From Octopus sinensis (taxonomy: Eukaryota), in contig NC_043001.1 of assembly GCF_006345805.1 (NCBI RefSeq), forward strand, positions 103,354,001 through 103,418,000: a DNA stretch of 64,000 bases, given 5' to 3'. This document shows positions 50,811 to 64,000 of this stretch, piece by piece (positions within the stretch are counted from its first letter, which is position 1; every line of letters begins with the position of its first letter). The position numbers and the translations under genes are program-made. The notes below the pieces were generated by a model. It made no database searches. It was not told where the DNA came from and saw nothing but the letters and a program-made list of their open reading frames with translations.

Positions 50811-50952
50811 ACATATTAGAAGGAAACCACTATGTGGACACCCTTATGCTACGGTTGTCAAGCGACGGTGGGGGTAGGGTACAAACACAGACCATAGCGG
50901 ATCTATTTCTAGCATAAGGGTGTCCACATAGTGGTTTCCCTCTAATATGTAT
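50811..50952. repeat. Fold-back inverted repeat (about 41-bp arms) with a captured local sequence
   Basis: Arms 50811-50851 / 50910-50952. Spacer 50852-50888 is the reverse complement of 50623-50659 (1 mismatch). Confidence 0.9.
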
Positions 50953-51299
50953 ATAATAGAATTTTATTGAACCTTCAGTTTTTTTTTTATATGCTAGACC
51001 ACTGGTGTGAAATCGATGTTAATTAAATTAATATCTAATTTCTCACCCTCATTTTAAATTTATATATATATATATATAAAGTCATTCTCCGTTTAGAAAC
51101 TAATTGCTTCCATAGTTGCAAGTAGTCCGGCTTTTCATGATGATGGTGGGGGGATGCTGTGTCATTCATGCCTTCCTTAAAGATATTGGTGTCGTAAAAG
51201 AAGGGAAATGACTACAACCGCATAAATTGATCCTTAGACTTTGCTTGTTTGATAACTTCGCTGAAATTAAAGTTTAAAACTAATATTTTAAGTTGATTG

Positions 51300-51620
51300 A
51301 TGGTAGCGGTATTGGTGTCGCTGTAGAGTCGCTCGCGTTGACTGTTGTAGCCGCCGTGACGACGCCAGAAGCCGTTTATTATTATCACTGGCAGCAGCAG
51401 CAGCAGCAGCAGCAGTAGCAGCAGCAGCAATGATGTTGGTGACCGTCTTACCTTTGCGTGCGGAGTGAAGCAACGAAGGGAGGTAATGCTGGGTGACTGT
51501 GCTTAGAACGCCCGGGTTGTGCCGTGTTTTCGTGGAAAAAAAAAAAAAGAAGCGAGAAATCGGTCAGAGTTGGATTGTCGAGAGACGACGGCGACCGTGT
51601 TCAAGGGGAGGGCCACGCTT
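51300..51620. promoter_or_regulatory. CpG-enriched promoter/5' UTR region upstream of the phosphotransferase gene
   Basis: Locally GC/CpG-rich unique sequence with a (CAG)n tract 0.6-0.9 kb upstream of the ATG. Candidate donor at 51483 and acceptor at 52040. Confidence 0.5.
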
Positions 51621-52240
51621 TTGTTTTTTTTTTTTTACGTTCGATTCTACTTAAGTTGATGTAGACACGTCTCTGTGTGTTCACTAATATCTCAGCTTAT
51701 CTTTATCACTATATTCGTATCTTTTTTTTTTTTTCTCTTCCTCATTTGATGACTTGTCTGAAAATATCTCGAGTTTGGATTTCTTTCCTCTCGTCTCAAA
51801 AAGAAAGTCATTCAAAAATATGAGGTTTAGAAAGAAAACGTAATTATGGCTTAAAGGAAAAGAAATAGCAAGTTATTTTCATAAAAAGAACCCGTACAAA
51901 GACACAGTCATTCAGATAAATGTATGAAGTGGGAAAAGCAACACAATTCGAAGTGAAAGGAACAGAGTTACTTTGACCGAGGACTTAATTTTCCGATCAA
52001 CCGATGACTTGGTAACAAATTTGTTATTCTATTCGTACAGATAGATATATGTAAGGATATATATTTATACATTATAAATATTTATATATGTATATCAACA
52101 CATTGGACGCTGCTCCCTAACAATTTGTTGTCGAAAGATCCAAGATAAAAGAAAAACTTCTACCACCAGTGATAAGTTAAAGCGATACATATATATATAT
52201 ATATATATTCTTTTACTGTTCCTTAAAATAAATTGCAACC

Positions 52241-52477
52241 ATGGTGACCAAGGGCAAAGAGGTTCTAACAAATATTCAACTTCGACGGTTATTGGAACAT
52301 CAGTACAAAGCGGAAGGTTCGTCCCTTCTTGAACCGGTCATGCAGAAATTTTGGCGATGGTTAGTTGAGCAAGTGCCCCGTTGGTGGGCTCCTAATGCTA
52401 TTACGGCCACCGGTCTTGTTTTGAACATTATGACCACTCTGGTGATGGTTTACTACAGTCCTGATGCTAAACATAAG
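52241..52477 (+). CDS. CEPT1: Choline/ethanolamine phosphotransferase (CEPT1/CHPT1 family), first coding exon
   Basis: [79 protein letters not shown] matches the family N-terminus (QL.RL.EH.Y...G.SLLEP...W.WL...P.W.APN.IT..GL). Phase-0 donor AAG|GTAAGT at 52478. Later exons were not found in the window. Confidence 0.93.
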
Positions 52478-53261
52478 GTAAGTTTGATAACCAAGCACCT
52501 TAAAAATAACATGATGGTCAAAACTATGTCCATTAAATATCTCGTTTCTTTTCTTCCTCTCCCGTTTACGAGTGACTTACCGACTCCGTTCAGGACATTG
52601 GGTTCACCCTTACCTTGACTACCATTATTAATACTAACACCACAAGAACAAATATATCAATTACCCGTCTAATTAATAAACGAATTAACTAAAGAATCAA
52701 GTCACTCCCCCTTCTAGTCATTTCCCCTTTCTTCAACTGTCAAGCCGCCTTCACTTACGAACGATCCCCTTCTTTTCATTAAATTAGCAACTAATTATAT
52801 GTAATTAATATTTCGCTTCATATAAAACAATATTTAATACAACACACACACTCATATATATATTCTTTCTGTTTACGACGTGTTTGGAATATAAGACCAA
52901 GCCAGTCTTTATCAATATCATCCCGTCTAGTATAGCTAAATAAACTATTTTTTGGTTAATGTTTACTCTATTTAATTGTAACCGTTTTATTTTTGTAAGT
53001 TCGTATTATACTGAGGTCATCTTTGCATTTTGTCCTTCTGTGAACAGAAATAGCAGTCAGATTGGGACTGGCCAATTTGTGACCCTGTGCCAGTGTTTAG
53101 TAATCGATATTACTTAACTCGAATTCAATAAAAGTCACATATATTGAACAGATGGAGTTATCAACATTAACAGCAAGCTGGTTCAATACTAAATTGTTCG
53201 TTATATAGTTTTATCGATATTCGAATGACTAGCGATTACCTTTTAAAAGTTTGTTTTTTGT

Positions 53262-53316
53262 CTATCCATCTATCTATCTATCTATCTATCTATCTACCTG
53301 TCTATCTATCTACCTG

Positions 53317-53352
<36 letters not shown>

Positions 53353-53360
53353 CCTGTCTG

Positions 53361-53421
<61 letters not shown>

Positions 53422-53475
53422 TTATCTGTCTGTCTATCTGTATGTCTATGTATCTATCTATCTATTTATCTATCC
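53262..53475. repeat. (TATC)n microsatellite
   Basis: Direct reading. Confidence 0.97.
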
Positions 53476-54374
53476 ACCCACACACGTCACTAAACCTCGA
53501 AAACTTTTCCTGTTTTCTTTGATTCATCTCTCTCACACTCACACCCCCTCTCTTTCACACACACACACACACTCTCTCTCTCTCACACACACGAACGTTA
53601 TTCAATGATTCGTTCATGACAAACCTAACCCGAGGCCATCACATGCTTCAGTCACTGGTCTAACATGTGTTTTTGTTTATTGTTTTTCCTTTTCTTTACC
53701 ACCACAATCATCTTTCGTTCCCTACTATTCACCCTTAATCCCATCTTTTTTGTTTCCTCTTATCACCTCCAAATCCCTTCATAATAAACCCACGTACCCC
53801 ACTTACCCAGTTCCTTCGTCATTAGCGACCATCTTGGGTGTTTTTTTGCTTTCTATCATTTACATAACACACCCAGTTGCTATCACCACTACTAACATCT
53901 GCACTCACTCTCAATATCTCCCACACACAATATTAGTCAATATTTATTATTCGACAGTTGCTCATGAAATCTTCTAACCCGAACCAGGAGATCCAGTCTA
54001 AACTACCTAACCCCATTATTACTTCTTTATTATTACAACTGATAAACTGCCACTGACGCCCTTCTACCTCTACCATACACACATACCTCTCTTGTTTACA
54101 CCTATCTGTTCATTTCGAACAGCTCCGCTCTAAGATTAGCTTCTGCTCAACACATTTCTTTGCACCTATTTTGCTATTGTTACGTATGTTCAGTGGTTAA
54201 TTAGACCCAGATGTTTAAAGCATGCCGCACACCCAATTACGGATCGAACTCTCTAACTAAAGCACCTGCTTCTCTGATCACTCGAAACCCCAATATTGTA
54301 GCATTCGCTACGGATATCGGGATTTCTTGCCAAGGCTGAAAATTATTGGCCATATTTCGTTTTTAAATCGGTAG

Positions 54375-54413
<39 letters not shown>

Positions 54414-57177
54414 GTAATATCTTTTTTATAAGCAGACCTGCAGAAAACAAAACAAAACAAAAAAAAAACGAACACTCCAGAACATTCGAGTGCGTGTGTA
54501 TTTGTGTATCTCTGTATATGCGTTTGTGTATCTACGTGTGTGTGTGTGCTTGTGTATCTCCATATGTGTATGCGTATTTGTGCATCTCCATATGTGTGTG
54601 TGTGCTTGTGTCTGTGTGTATGGGTATGTCCTTGTGTATCGACAGTTTTACATTTTATATCAATGGTTTAAACTGATGAATGATCGACCTCCGAGTATTG
54701 CTGGTACTTTATTAAACCCGGCGAAATCTTTTCTTGAACGCAAAAAGTCAAGGTCTAATTGCCATAACCCATTTATTCACACAGATCAGAAAAAAAGTAA
54801 TAAAAACAAAGATGAAGGCAGAAAGGTTGTGTGTAAATTTCTCCATTGATAAAAATCTTTGTAATGACGTTTGTTAATCTTGACTGCGATGTCTGACGGA
54901 AGGTGTTTCAACCAGGAGACCCCCTCCTTTTCTTAGAGTTGAATGGAATTTGAGGCAGATTTCTGTGTTATTTAGCAGGTCGATCGACCACGAAGAGAAT
55001 AATTCAGTAACTTGTGTTTAAACACGATGTTTTGGTAATATTGTCGATATTTTTTATTATAGAATGGTCAGGACGAAAGACGAACTTGGGACATTTTTTA
55101 CTTCCTGCGTTCGAATCTCGTCCAAAATCGATTTTATCTCCAATGTTCTGGGGTCGATAGGAAGCATCGTGGTCGATTTAATCGGTCGGTTCCTTTCCAC
55201 TGACATTATTATGGTCTTGCTGTTTGAAATAGATATTTCATACAGTAGCAATGTGCATGAAATAGAAAAGTGTAGAATATTTCGATAAACAGCTTCGCAA
55301 AAACGTTACATAAGGAAGCGATAAACAAACAAAGGTTAACGACCGAGCAATAATGTAAACATTAACCACAAATATTGCTCTAAATTATTGTATTGTCTAA
55401 AATAGGCATTTGTAGTGGAAATGTCAACGATCTCCACACAAAAGGAAGCTATTTTATCTCCAAAATTCATTACCTCCAAATCCTTATTCAAAATAATTAT
55501 ATTTAAAAGATATCGTGCCAAAAGTTGATGCAAAAAGTTTAAAACCCAATTTAGATACGACCGAAGAATTTGCGCGCTCGAGCACGTGTGTGTGTGTGTA
55601 TGTGTGTGTGTAAATGCCCCGTAAACAGGAGTGTTTTTTCATTAACTATTTTGTCTTTAGGAATGGTCTGTTTGCAAGTCCATCCCTCGTCAAATATTTT
55701 TTTCTTCGCACTATGAAAATAACATTTTCTAATAAATATTTCGAATCACTAGCGATGCCCCCCACCCCGTTGTTTTTTCAGGTTCACAATTCCTTTACGT
55801 TGTCCAATCTTGTGACTATTATTATCTTGATGGTCGTGGGTGGATGGGCCACCCTCCTCTCACTGCTGCTGCACTACACTAACAAAATTCTTCAGTTATA
55901 TAATAAAAAATACCTTTGTATAAGTTACACAATAGCGTGAATGTGCCTACTTCTCCACGGTACCACAGTTTGGTGAGCTGGGTTAACGTTAACTGATTTG
56001 ATATTCTATCGATCGATCGATAAGCGCTGCTATTATATCGGCTCAGGTTCCTTTCATTTGTCTTACTTTGAAGGTGAAAGTTCTAAGTTTATTTTACTGG
56101 GTTTTTTTTAAAACCTTCCCTGTTAATACCATAATTTTCCTCAAAGATGAGATTAAATCGCATGGCTATAATCTTTTTACAAAAACATTGATCCTACAAA
56201 AGAAATCTTCTCTCGCCTCCTCTCTTTTTGTTTCTTTTACTTGTGTAAGTTTTGATCAACATCCAAAACTTCGTTTTTCTCAATCACTTTAAGTCTTTCG
56301 TTAAATATCGACAACCCAATTGTTGAATTCTTTCGTCCTGTATACAAATAATTCGACTAGAGTCGAATGCTTTAATTAAATGCCTTAATTAAACTCTAGT
56401 CATATGCAGTAATTGTTTCAGCGGGATTAAATAGAAATAAACCCCTTCCAAACATTAAGAAAAGTTTATATTTTCTTCCCCAACTTTTACCGCTGCTCTC
56501 AGGGGACTCTGTTAATGCATTCCTGTATGAACCAAATTCCACATGTCTGGGATGACCTTGCTACATCCATCTACAATTAATGTACGGCAAATTGAGTCCA
56601 TGAGGGGCGGTGGGGGACCAAGTACACCGATTACCCATCCTGTAACGATCTTGTCCCGAGTGAGGAAGAGTCGCATGAAAGAAACATCGTATTATGAATG
56701 TCATAATTATGTCTCTCTCTCTCTCACACACACACACTGGATGACAGTTCTGGATCGAAGCCACAACATAGCATGCAGATGATGATGATTATAAATAAGC
56801 ACGTTGACGACAACCAAGCGTGTCTACGCAGACAGTTTTTCCTTTCCATCCAAAGAATGTTGTTTATTGTTTACACTTGTTCATATAATAGCTGAAACAC
56901 TTGGTACTTCTCAATTACTACTTCATGTCTACTTAGCTCATATTTCCACATCTACCTCTCAAAATGTTACAGGTTCCTTTTATCCTGTTATTTCGCACTT
57001 AGTAACCATCACCGCCATCACCACCACCATTTTTCAGTTTAAACATATCACGTTCTATGGCTTTGTTCCCACAGTACACACACACCAGTGTGTGTTTATA
57101 TTTGTGTTAGTGTGACAACGTTATTGTTTATTTTTAGCCAAAACATTCATAATGCAAAGATTTTTACAAATCTAAAA

Positions 57178-58310
57178 TATTGGGACATGCCATAAATAAT
57201 GTGCTTTTTTTATACTTTCATTTTTCAAAATTAAGTAAGATAAACAAAGTTCTTTTTTAATCTAAAATATACTTTATTTTATTTTCTACAATGCTCGTCC
57301 ATTTCTCTGCTAGACTTGCAAGGTCCCTCTTCCAAAATTCATTTGTCCCTGATGAAAAATACTCCCCCAATATTGTTCTGACCTTATCTACTGTATTTAT
57401 ACTTTTTCTGTCCAAATGATTTTGAAGACTGCGGATGGAGGCAATGTTCGGCGAATATGGTGGTTGGGGCATTGTTTCCCATTCAAACTGCTTCAGTTTT
57501 TGGAATGTCATCCTTGCTATATGTGGGGAAGCATAATCTTGATGGAAGAGCACTTTTCGTTTTGAAACCAAAGCTGGTAATTTTTCTTCTAGCGCTGACT
57601 TAAGCCACTCAAGCTGGTCACAGTAGATCTCCTTTATTATCGTTTGGTTTGGGCTTAAAAGTTCAAAGTGGACTAAACCTTTTTTATCCATCCAAACAGA
57701 TAACAACACCTCACATGGGTGAAGACCTTTAGCCCAGGGTCGCTTGACATTTTCATAGAGAACCCATTTCTTGTCACCAGTTACTGTTCAGTGCAAAAAA
57801 AGTTCATTCGTGAGATGTGACAGTAAAGAAGAGCACGCATTCATTCTCTGCACGTGATTAGACTCGGGAAGTTTGTGAGGAATCCATTGACCCAATTTGC
57901 TGACTTGTCCAATGGCACGCAGGTATCGATGAATGGTTGAATGACCAAATCCAAGCTTCTCTGCTAGTTCCTCAACAGTTATGATGGGATTTTGTTCCAC
58001 CAGGGTTTGCTGGATGTCCTTGTTGAGCTCTACAGATCTTCCAGGATGAGTCCCTTCTTCTAGTCTGTAGTTTCTGGCTCGGAATTTCTGGAACCACCAT
58101 TAACACTAGCTTACCCTTATTGTCCAATCTCCATATACTGCATCAGTATTCTTTGCACTTTCCATTGCATTGTTGCCTTTATTGAACTCATGAAGCAAAA
58201 TATGCTGAATATGCTCCTTTGTTGCTTCTGTTATAGCTTTGAAATATAAAATAACTGTTAAAATCAAACTGCACTCTTCAAAACTTGCACTAAGAATAAG
58301 TAACACAATA
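57178..58310 (-). mobile_element. Near-complete mariner element, disabled (intronic)
   Basis: EATKEHIQHILLHEFNKG, WIPHKL, LLSVWMDKKG, FHQDYASPH and PPYSPNIAS; TIR TAttgggacatgccataaataat. Confidence 0.92.
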
Positions 58311-60959
58311 TGCTGTCCAGTCTGGGAATCGAACCCATGAGTGAGTGCAACATCTTAACCACTCGACCACATGCATTTATACTTCTTCAGGTAATCATCA
58401 TCGTTTAACGTCTGTTCTCCATGCTAGCATGGGTTGGATGGTTCGACCGGGGATCTGAGAAGCCAGGAGGCTGCACCAGGCTCCAGTTTGATCTGGCAGG
58501 GTTTCTACAGTTGGATGCCCTTCCTAACACCAACCACTCAGTGAGTGTAGTGGGTGCTTTTTATGTGCCACCTGCACAGGTGCCAAGCGAGGCTGGCATC
58601 GGCCACAATTTGGATGGTGCTTTTTACATGCCACCGGCACGGAAGCCAGTCTAGGTGGCGCTGGCATCGGTCACGTTCAGATGGTGCTTTTTACGTGCCA
58701 CCGGCACAGGGATCACAACTGCAGTTTCCATTGATTTTGATGTTGGTGTACTTGACTCAATGGATCTCCTCAAGCACAGGGTCGAAATAGTGTTTCTTCA
58801 CTTGCCACCTGCACAGGAGTCAGTCCAGTGGTCCTGGCAACTGCCGGGTGCCAGTCATAGGATTGGTTCAATTTCGATTCCGATTTCACTTGCCCCAACA
58901 GGTCTTCGCAAGCAGCGTTTAGTGTCCAATGAAGGGAGTTTGGCATGGGTGCCTGTCGTCGGATGAGGTTCGATTTCGACTTCGCTTGCCTCAACAGGTC
59001 TTTGTGTGTCCGAGGGAGGAAAGTCCTCTCCTAAAACTGCACCTTCAGTATAACCTATGTGAACCTTTACACCATCTCAAGAATCATTCATTTCAGAAAA
59101 AAATACAATTTCAAAGAAAATTATGTATTTCATGGTTCTCTATAAACTTCTGTTTGTCTTGCAGTTTTTTAAAATAACCATGGAATTTCCACGGACCCTG
59201 CTGGCAATAGGAATCAAAGACTATCAATACAGATAGTCTGTAATGTTGTATTTGTTCTATAATTTCGTATTTAAACAACATTTTTGGTCTCTCCTTGTTG
59301 CTTAGTAGTGTTGATTGTCTGCTTGTTTCAATTGAGGACTGACAGATCTTTTCTCTTGTTTTCAATTTTTTCTGGATATTATTTACCCACAGGGTTCCTT
59401 TGGTTGGTGGTACTCCTGTTTGGATGGGTTTAACAGAGGTATCCAGCTTCTTTTGTGGCCACAGAGGCTGCTGCAGATATCATCATTTAGCCTGGTCATA
59501 TTGACATTTGTTTCTGTGGCTATTTGTTCTGTGATGTCCACGTTCATGCTATTTATGATTGATGTTGTTTTAGTATCAATTTATTATTGTTGTTGTTGTT
59601 GTTAACTTTAAATGACATGCAATCAGTAGTCCTTAAAGAGTGGTAGCAGCCAATAAATAGGCCAGTTATCAATGGTTTAAGAATCAGGCCTGTTTCTGTC
59701 CAATCATTGATCCTGTCACCTTGCTACAACTTTCTGACATTCATTGCAGTTATGCTTTTCTTGATATCAGCAACCTTTTTAGTTTCCTCATCTAATCGTA
59801 CCTTCACTCCTATGTAGATAACAACCACTCCGTACCTCTCTTAACACATTTTGCATTTAGATTAGACTTAATCTGCAAGTGACTATAGTGGCTGACTTAG
59901 GCCCAGTGGAGGTTTCATATGAGCCAATGAAAAAGCTCTGTGTAGCTACCCAGTCTGCTAGAAATAGGAATCAAATTTCTCTCAAATCACAGCCAACCAG
60001 CTTTAAAATGGAATTTTACATTGACTAATATAGACCTAGGTATATCGTCTTCATCATCCGTTTTCCATGCTGGCATGGGTCGAATGGAATTGGCAAGACC
60101 AGGAGCCCCACCAGGTTCCATTGTCTGTTTTGGCAAGGTTTCTGTGGCTGTCTCCAGAAAACTGGAAAATCCTGAAATCTGGGCCACTTCCAGTCCTAAG
60201 CTGGCAGATATTTGGTCCGGCGCTGTACCTAACACCTTTGGTTTAACTAACAAAGTAGATACTTTCTGAAATTTAATCTGTACTGTTTGCAGTGAATGCA
60301 TCCTAAGACAGCTACACTCTTATTGTTCCCCTGGATTAAGGTGGCAGACATCTTTATAACTCACAATAATTGACAATATTTCAGTGTTATCAATGATATG
60401 TTGTTTTGAAATACAAAGTTTATTGTATCAAATTCTGTTCTGTCACTTTCAAATATACAGATCTTTTGCAACTCATACATTGATTTGTGTGTTGCTTTCT
60501 ATTTTTTTGTGTGAAAACTAGTTTTTTCAAAAGCTATAACCTTACAGTCCCCATATATAGGTACAAGTTCAGAAATGGTGATGCCATTTCACCAAAATGA
60601 CTTACTGTTGTTTGTAGTGAACATGTTGAGCTTGTTGCTCAACACTTTTCCCCCTAGTATTGTAGTCTCCAAATGAGAGAGTCAGCATTTCGCTTCCACC
60701 CTCAGCCTTCTGTAATTAATTAATGGTTCCAAGAAGAAAGGAGGTGACTTTCAGGGGCAAAGAATGGGTTGGAAGTAATATGTGCTGATCCTGCTCTCAA
60801 TAGGTTACGGCTTCCAAGTAGCACCATAGACAGAGGTGTAATGAAGGGTTGTGTTTTCGGAAAATGGAATGAGGATGTGGTGGATGCTTGACAGAGCAGA
60901 ATGGGGGTAAAAGCTGATGCATAATGCTAAATAAGGCATCATTTTTAGTATGGAGGCAG

Positions 60960-61370
60960 ACTCTTCTTGAACACAGCAAATTCCCAATCATCTCAGTGAG
61001 GCTTAGCATCATGAGATCAGCTTTCACTGCTTCCCCTCGTCCATGTCTTCCTGGAGCTCCTATTTCTACAGAAGCCACCAGCTTTCAGTCACTGGCCCTT
61101 CTTTACGCAGCTGTCCTCATCCATGCACATCTCATGACCAAACCAGCACAGTCTTCTTTCTCACACATCTGATTCTTCTAATGTCTAATCTCAATGCTTT
61201 AACCCTTTGTTGTACATACACACTGATATTGCACATCCAATGGAGCATACTAGCTTCATTCCACTCTAGTTTCCACATGTACCCTGCTTTCACGTACCAT
61301 TGCCATTCAGTCACTAGCTTCACACGACCTGCTTTTCACTCTGAGACACGGACCTTTTGTACGCAACAGA
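60960..61370 (-). mobile_element. RTE-clade LINE C-terminal relic
   Basis: KLEWNEASMLHWMCNISV...RRIRC...GR...VKADLM matches the RTE C-terminus. Confidence 0.85.
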
Positions 61371-62158
61371 GGTAACAGCTCTTTGAATTTTCTCCACCGT
61401 ATTCTAGCAATTGGGGTATGGCTATATGGTTAAAAAGTTCATTTCTTGGCCACATGGTTTTGGGTTCAATCTGACTGCATGGCACCTTAAACAAGTGTCT
61501 TCTACTTTAACCTTGAGCTGACCAAAAAGCTTCTGGTTAAATTTGACAGACCAAGCTCCATGGTATATGCGTGCGTGTGTTTGTTAACATTTGGGTTCTA
61601 TGAAAGGCGTGAGCTGTGACAGCACATCAATGCACCCAACGTTTGTTTGTGTTCCCTGGTTACTGCTGGCAGATGATGCCTCTACACCATGCAGGTGACA
61701 ATCCTCCCTCCAGCTCATGGGTCTGTTTAGGGTAGTCGTTACTTATGAAGGTTTTATGAGGTCAGAGTGCAAATCCTTCCTCAACCTCTTTTAGTTGCTT
61801 TTTATGGTATGCAGAGGAAAACTATGAAAACTGTGACACACAAAGGAGAACTCCTAGAAACAATAATATGAAGAAACTATTAAATTATTTAACAGTTCAC
61901 TTTGGTCCCAAGTCTGAATATGTTTACAGATATTATATCACTCATGGTTTGTAGGTTTATTATTCTGTTATGTTGCTTTGTTATTTTCTTGTATTTATTT
62001 TGTTCTATTGTGTTCTTCACCATTGTTCCAAACTAAAATGTTCTCTAATTATTTATAACTTGTCACTGATGTTGTTAATCGATGGAAACATTTTTTTCCT
62101 CAGCTCTGTGATGGAGATCGTCTGCTCACCTCTCTTTCATCTTGATTATACTCTAGAT

Positions 62159-62356
62159 CAGTGGTTTTCAGCCGTTTTAATATTTGGACCAGAGCCAGAT
62201 CCTAGATTTTTTTTAAGGGGTCACACCAAAAACAACTAAAACACAAATCAATTAAAGAAAAAATTGTTATATTTATAGAGGAAAGACTGTATAGGGTTGC
62301 TTGAAGGATGCTTGAGGGCTGCACAAGGCCCTAGGGGCTGCCGTTCAGAACCATTG
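62159..62356. mobile_element. hAT (Charlie-like) MITE with 8-bp TSD
   Basis: ctctagat-CAGTGGTTTTC...GAACCATTG-ctttagat. Confidence 0.75.
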
Positions 62357-64000
62357 CTTTAGATATACAACTCTTCACAGATGAACCACAATGGCTTTGG
62401 AAGCACTTTCATTACCATGTCCTATTTTTTTTTTAACCATGGGTCAGACTGGTTACCAGTAGGCCATTCCTTTCTCTCTGTTGCTGCTATTCCTCTCTTT
62501 TGTCAGTTTCAATCTCTTGAGACTAATCTTTGCAACTTCTCTCTATGCTTCTTCCTCTTCTTTAGGTTCCTTTCTTTCGGCATTTGGCACTTCTCATCTA
62601 TTGTCATCATCCATGTGCCCTACACACGCCCATGCCAGTGCAATCTTTTCTCTTACCATTTATCTGATTCCTCTGGTGTTCAGCCTGACTCACATTATAA
62701 CCCTTGTAAAGTATGCTCACTACATTTAGTAGAAGTCAAATTTAAATGCACCACTCCATTTGTGACCATTGCTCCTCATCTGTTATCATGCTACATTCCT
62801 TCAAGACATGCCTCATACAATTTGCTCTTCACTTGCAGAATGAATCCCTTTCTTGGCAGCAGAGTTAAGAAATAACTCCTAGAATTGTTTCCATTCTGTT
62901 GTTCTGGCTATTATGATTTCAGGATGTTAAGTTGATGATTTCGGTTAGTCTTTTCTCAAAGAATGGGACAGAATTAAGCTTTGTTGTTAGTGAAGATGAG
63001 CAATAATAACAGAAAAAAAAATTTCAACAAGTTGAAAAGGGCAAAGAATTTTTTGTTTGTGTTCCCCTGTTACTACTGGCAGATGATGCCTCTACACCAT
63101 GCAGGTGACAACCCTCCCTCCAACCCATGGATCTGTTTGGGGTAGTCGTTACTTATGAAGGTTTTATGAGGTCAGAGTGCAAATAACAGAAAAAAAAGAT
63201 TTCATGAAGTTGAAAAGGGCAAAGAATTTTTGTGTCTTGGGAATTCATGAACTGTTATTTGAAGATGGAAGCATTTCCAAGATGCTAAATCAGTTGTGTT
63301 GTATGGTTTTGAGTGTTAATGTTTTAAAGGGTATATTGAAAATTTGTTTTTTTTATAATGGCTGTTGTAGGAATCTATGCCTCAGTTTACAAGCCAAGAA
63401 AATTCAAATGTTTCTTTTAGGACAAATTGCCTCAGATATGGTACGTGCTAGTTAATTAAGTGATGACATTTACATCTGTCATATCATTAGTTAATACAGC
63501 AATATGCTACACTGCAAAAGAAGAGAATTAATGCTAGGCTATTGATTTGTAAGATATGAATCTCTTATGGGACACACCTTGGAATCATCATCATCATCAC
63601 CGTTTAACGTCCGCTTTCCATGCTAGCATGGGTTGGATGATTTGACTGAGGACTGGTGAACCAGATGGCTGCACCACACCCCAATCTAATCTGGCGGAGT
63701 TTCTACAGCTGGATGCCCTTCCTAATGCCAACCACTCTGAGAGTGTAGTGGGTGCTTTTATGTGCCGTCGAACGAGGGCTAGTCAGGCGGTTCTGACAAC
63801 GGTCACACTCAAGTGGTGTTTTCTACATGCCACCTGCACAGGAGCCAGTCCAGCAGCACTGGCAATGACCTTGCTTGAATGTTTTTCATGTGCCAGTAAG
63901 GCAACGCTGGTAACGATCACATTTGAATGGTGCTTTTTAAGTGCCACCGGCACAGAAGCTAGTCAGCTGCTCTGGCAGCGGTCACGCTTGGATGGTGCTC

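Noticed and set aside
20778-51000. Second, alternatively spliced calcitonin/CGRP-like exon or tandem paralog
   Set aside because: Scanning by eye for a phase-2 acceptor followed by basic site-Cys..Cys..PG-basic found none; a TBLASTN would be more sensitive.
52478-64000. CEPT1 exon 2 with the DGKQARRT CDP-alcohol phosphotransferase motif
   Set aside because: Not found; the region is transposon relics and is presumably a long intron.

Overview
This is AT-rich animal genomic DNA crowded with microsatellites and transposons. The tRNA-derived SINE families, mariner/RTE/Penelope load and (AT)n/(ATGT)n density suggest a coleoid cephalopod, probably Octopus (inference from repeat types, not a database result). 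Most ORFs in the supplied track are microsatellite artefacts. Three host loci were read from the sequence. (1) A three-coding-exon calcitonin-type neuropeptide precursor gene on + (10750-10838, 18317-18394, 20594-20777; 116 aa) that is invisible as a single ORF. (2) A candidate vault RNA gene on - (about 28445-28526) with A box, B box, terminal stem and T6 terminator. (3) The first coding exon of a choline/ethanolamine phosphotransferase (CEPT1/CHPT1 family; 52241-52477). The rest is mobile DNA: a decayed Neptune-like Penelope element (RT + GIY-YIG), a Dong/R4-like RLE LINE in a (TAA)n tract, RTE and CR1/L2-like LINE relics, several mariners and MITEs, and many SINEs. There is also a recurring set of hammerhead-ribozyme-like motifs and fold-back (palindromic) insertions next to (AT)n arrays. 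Repeat boundaries are approximate, and protein and RNA family calls come from motif recognition only.
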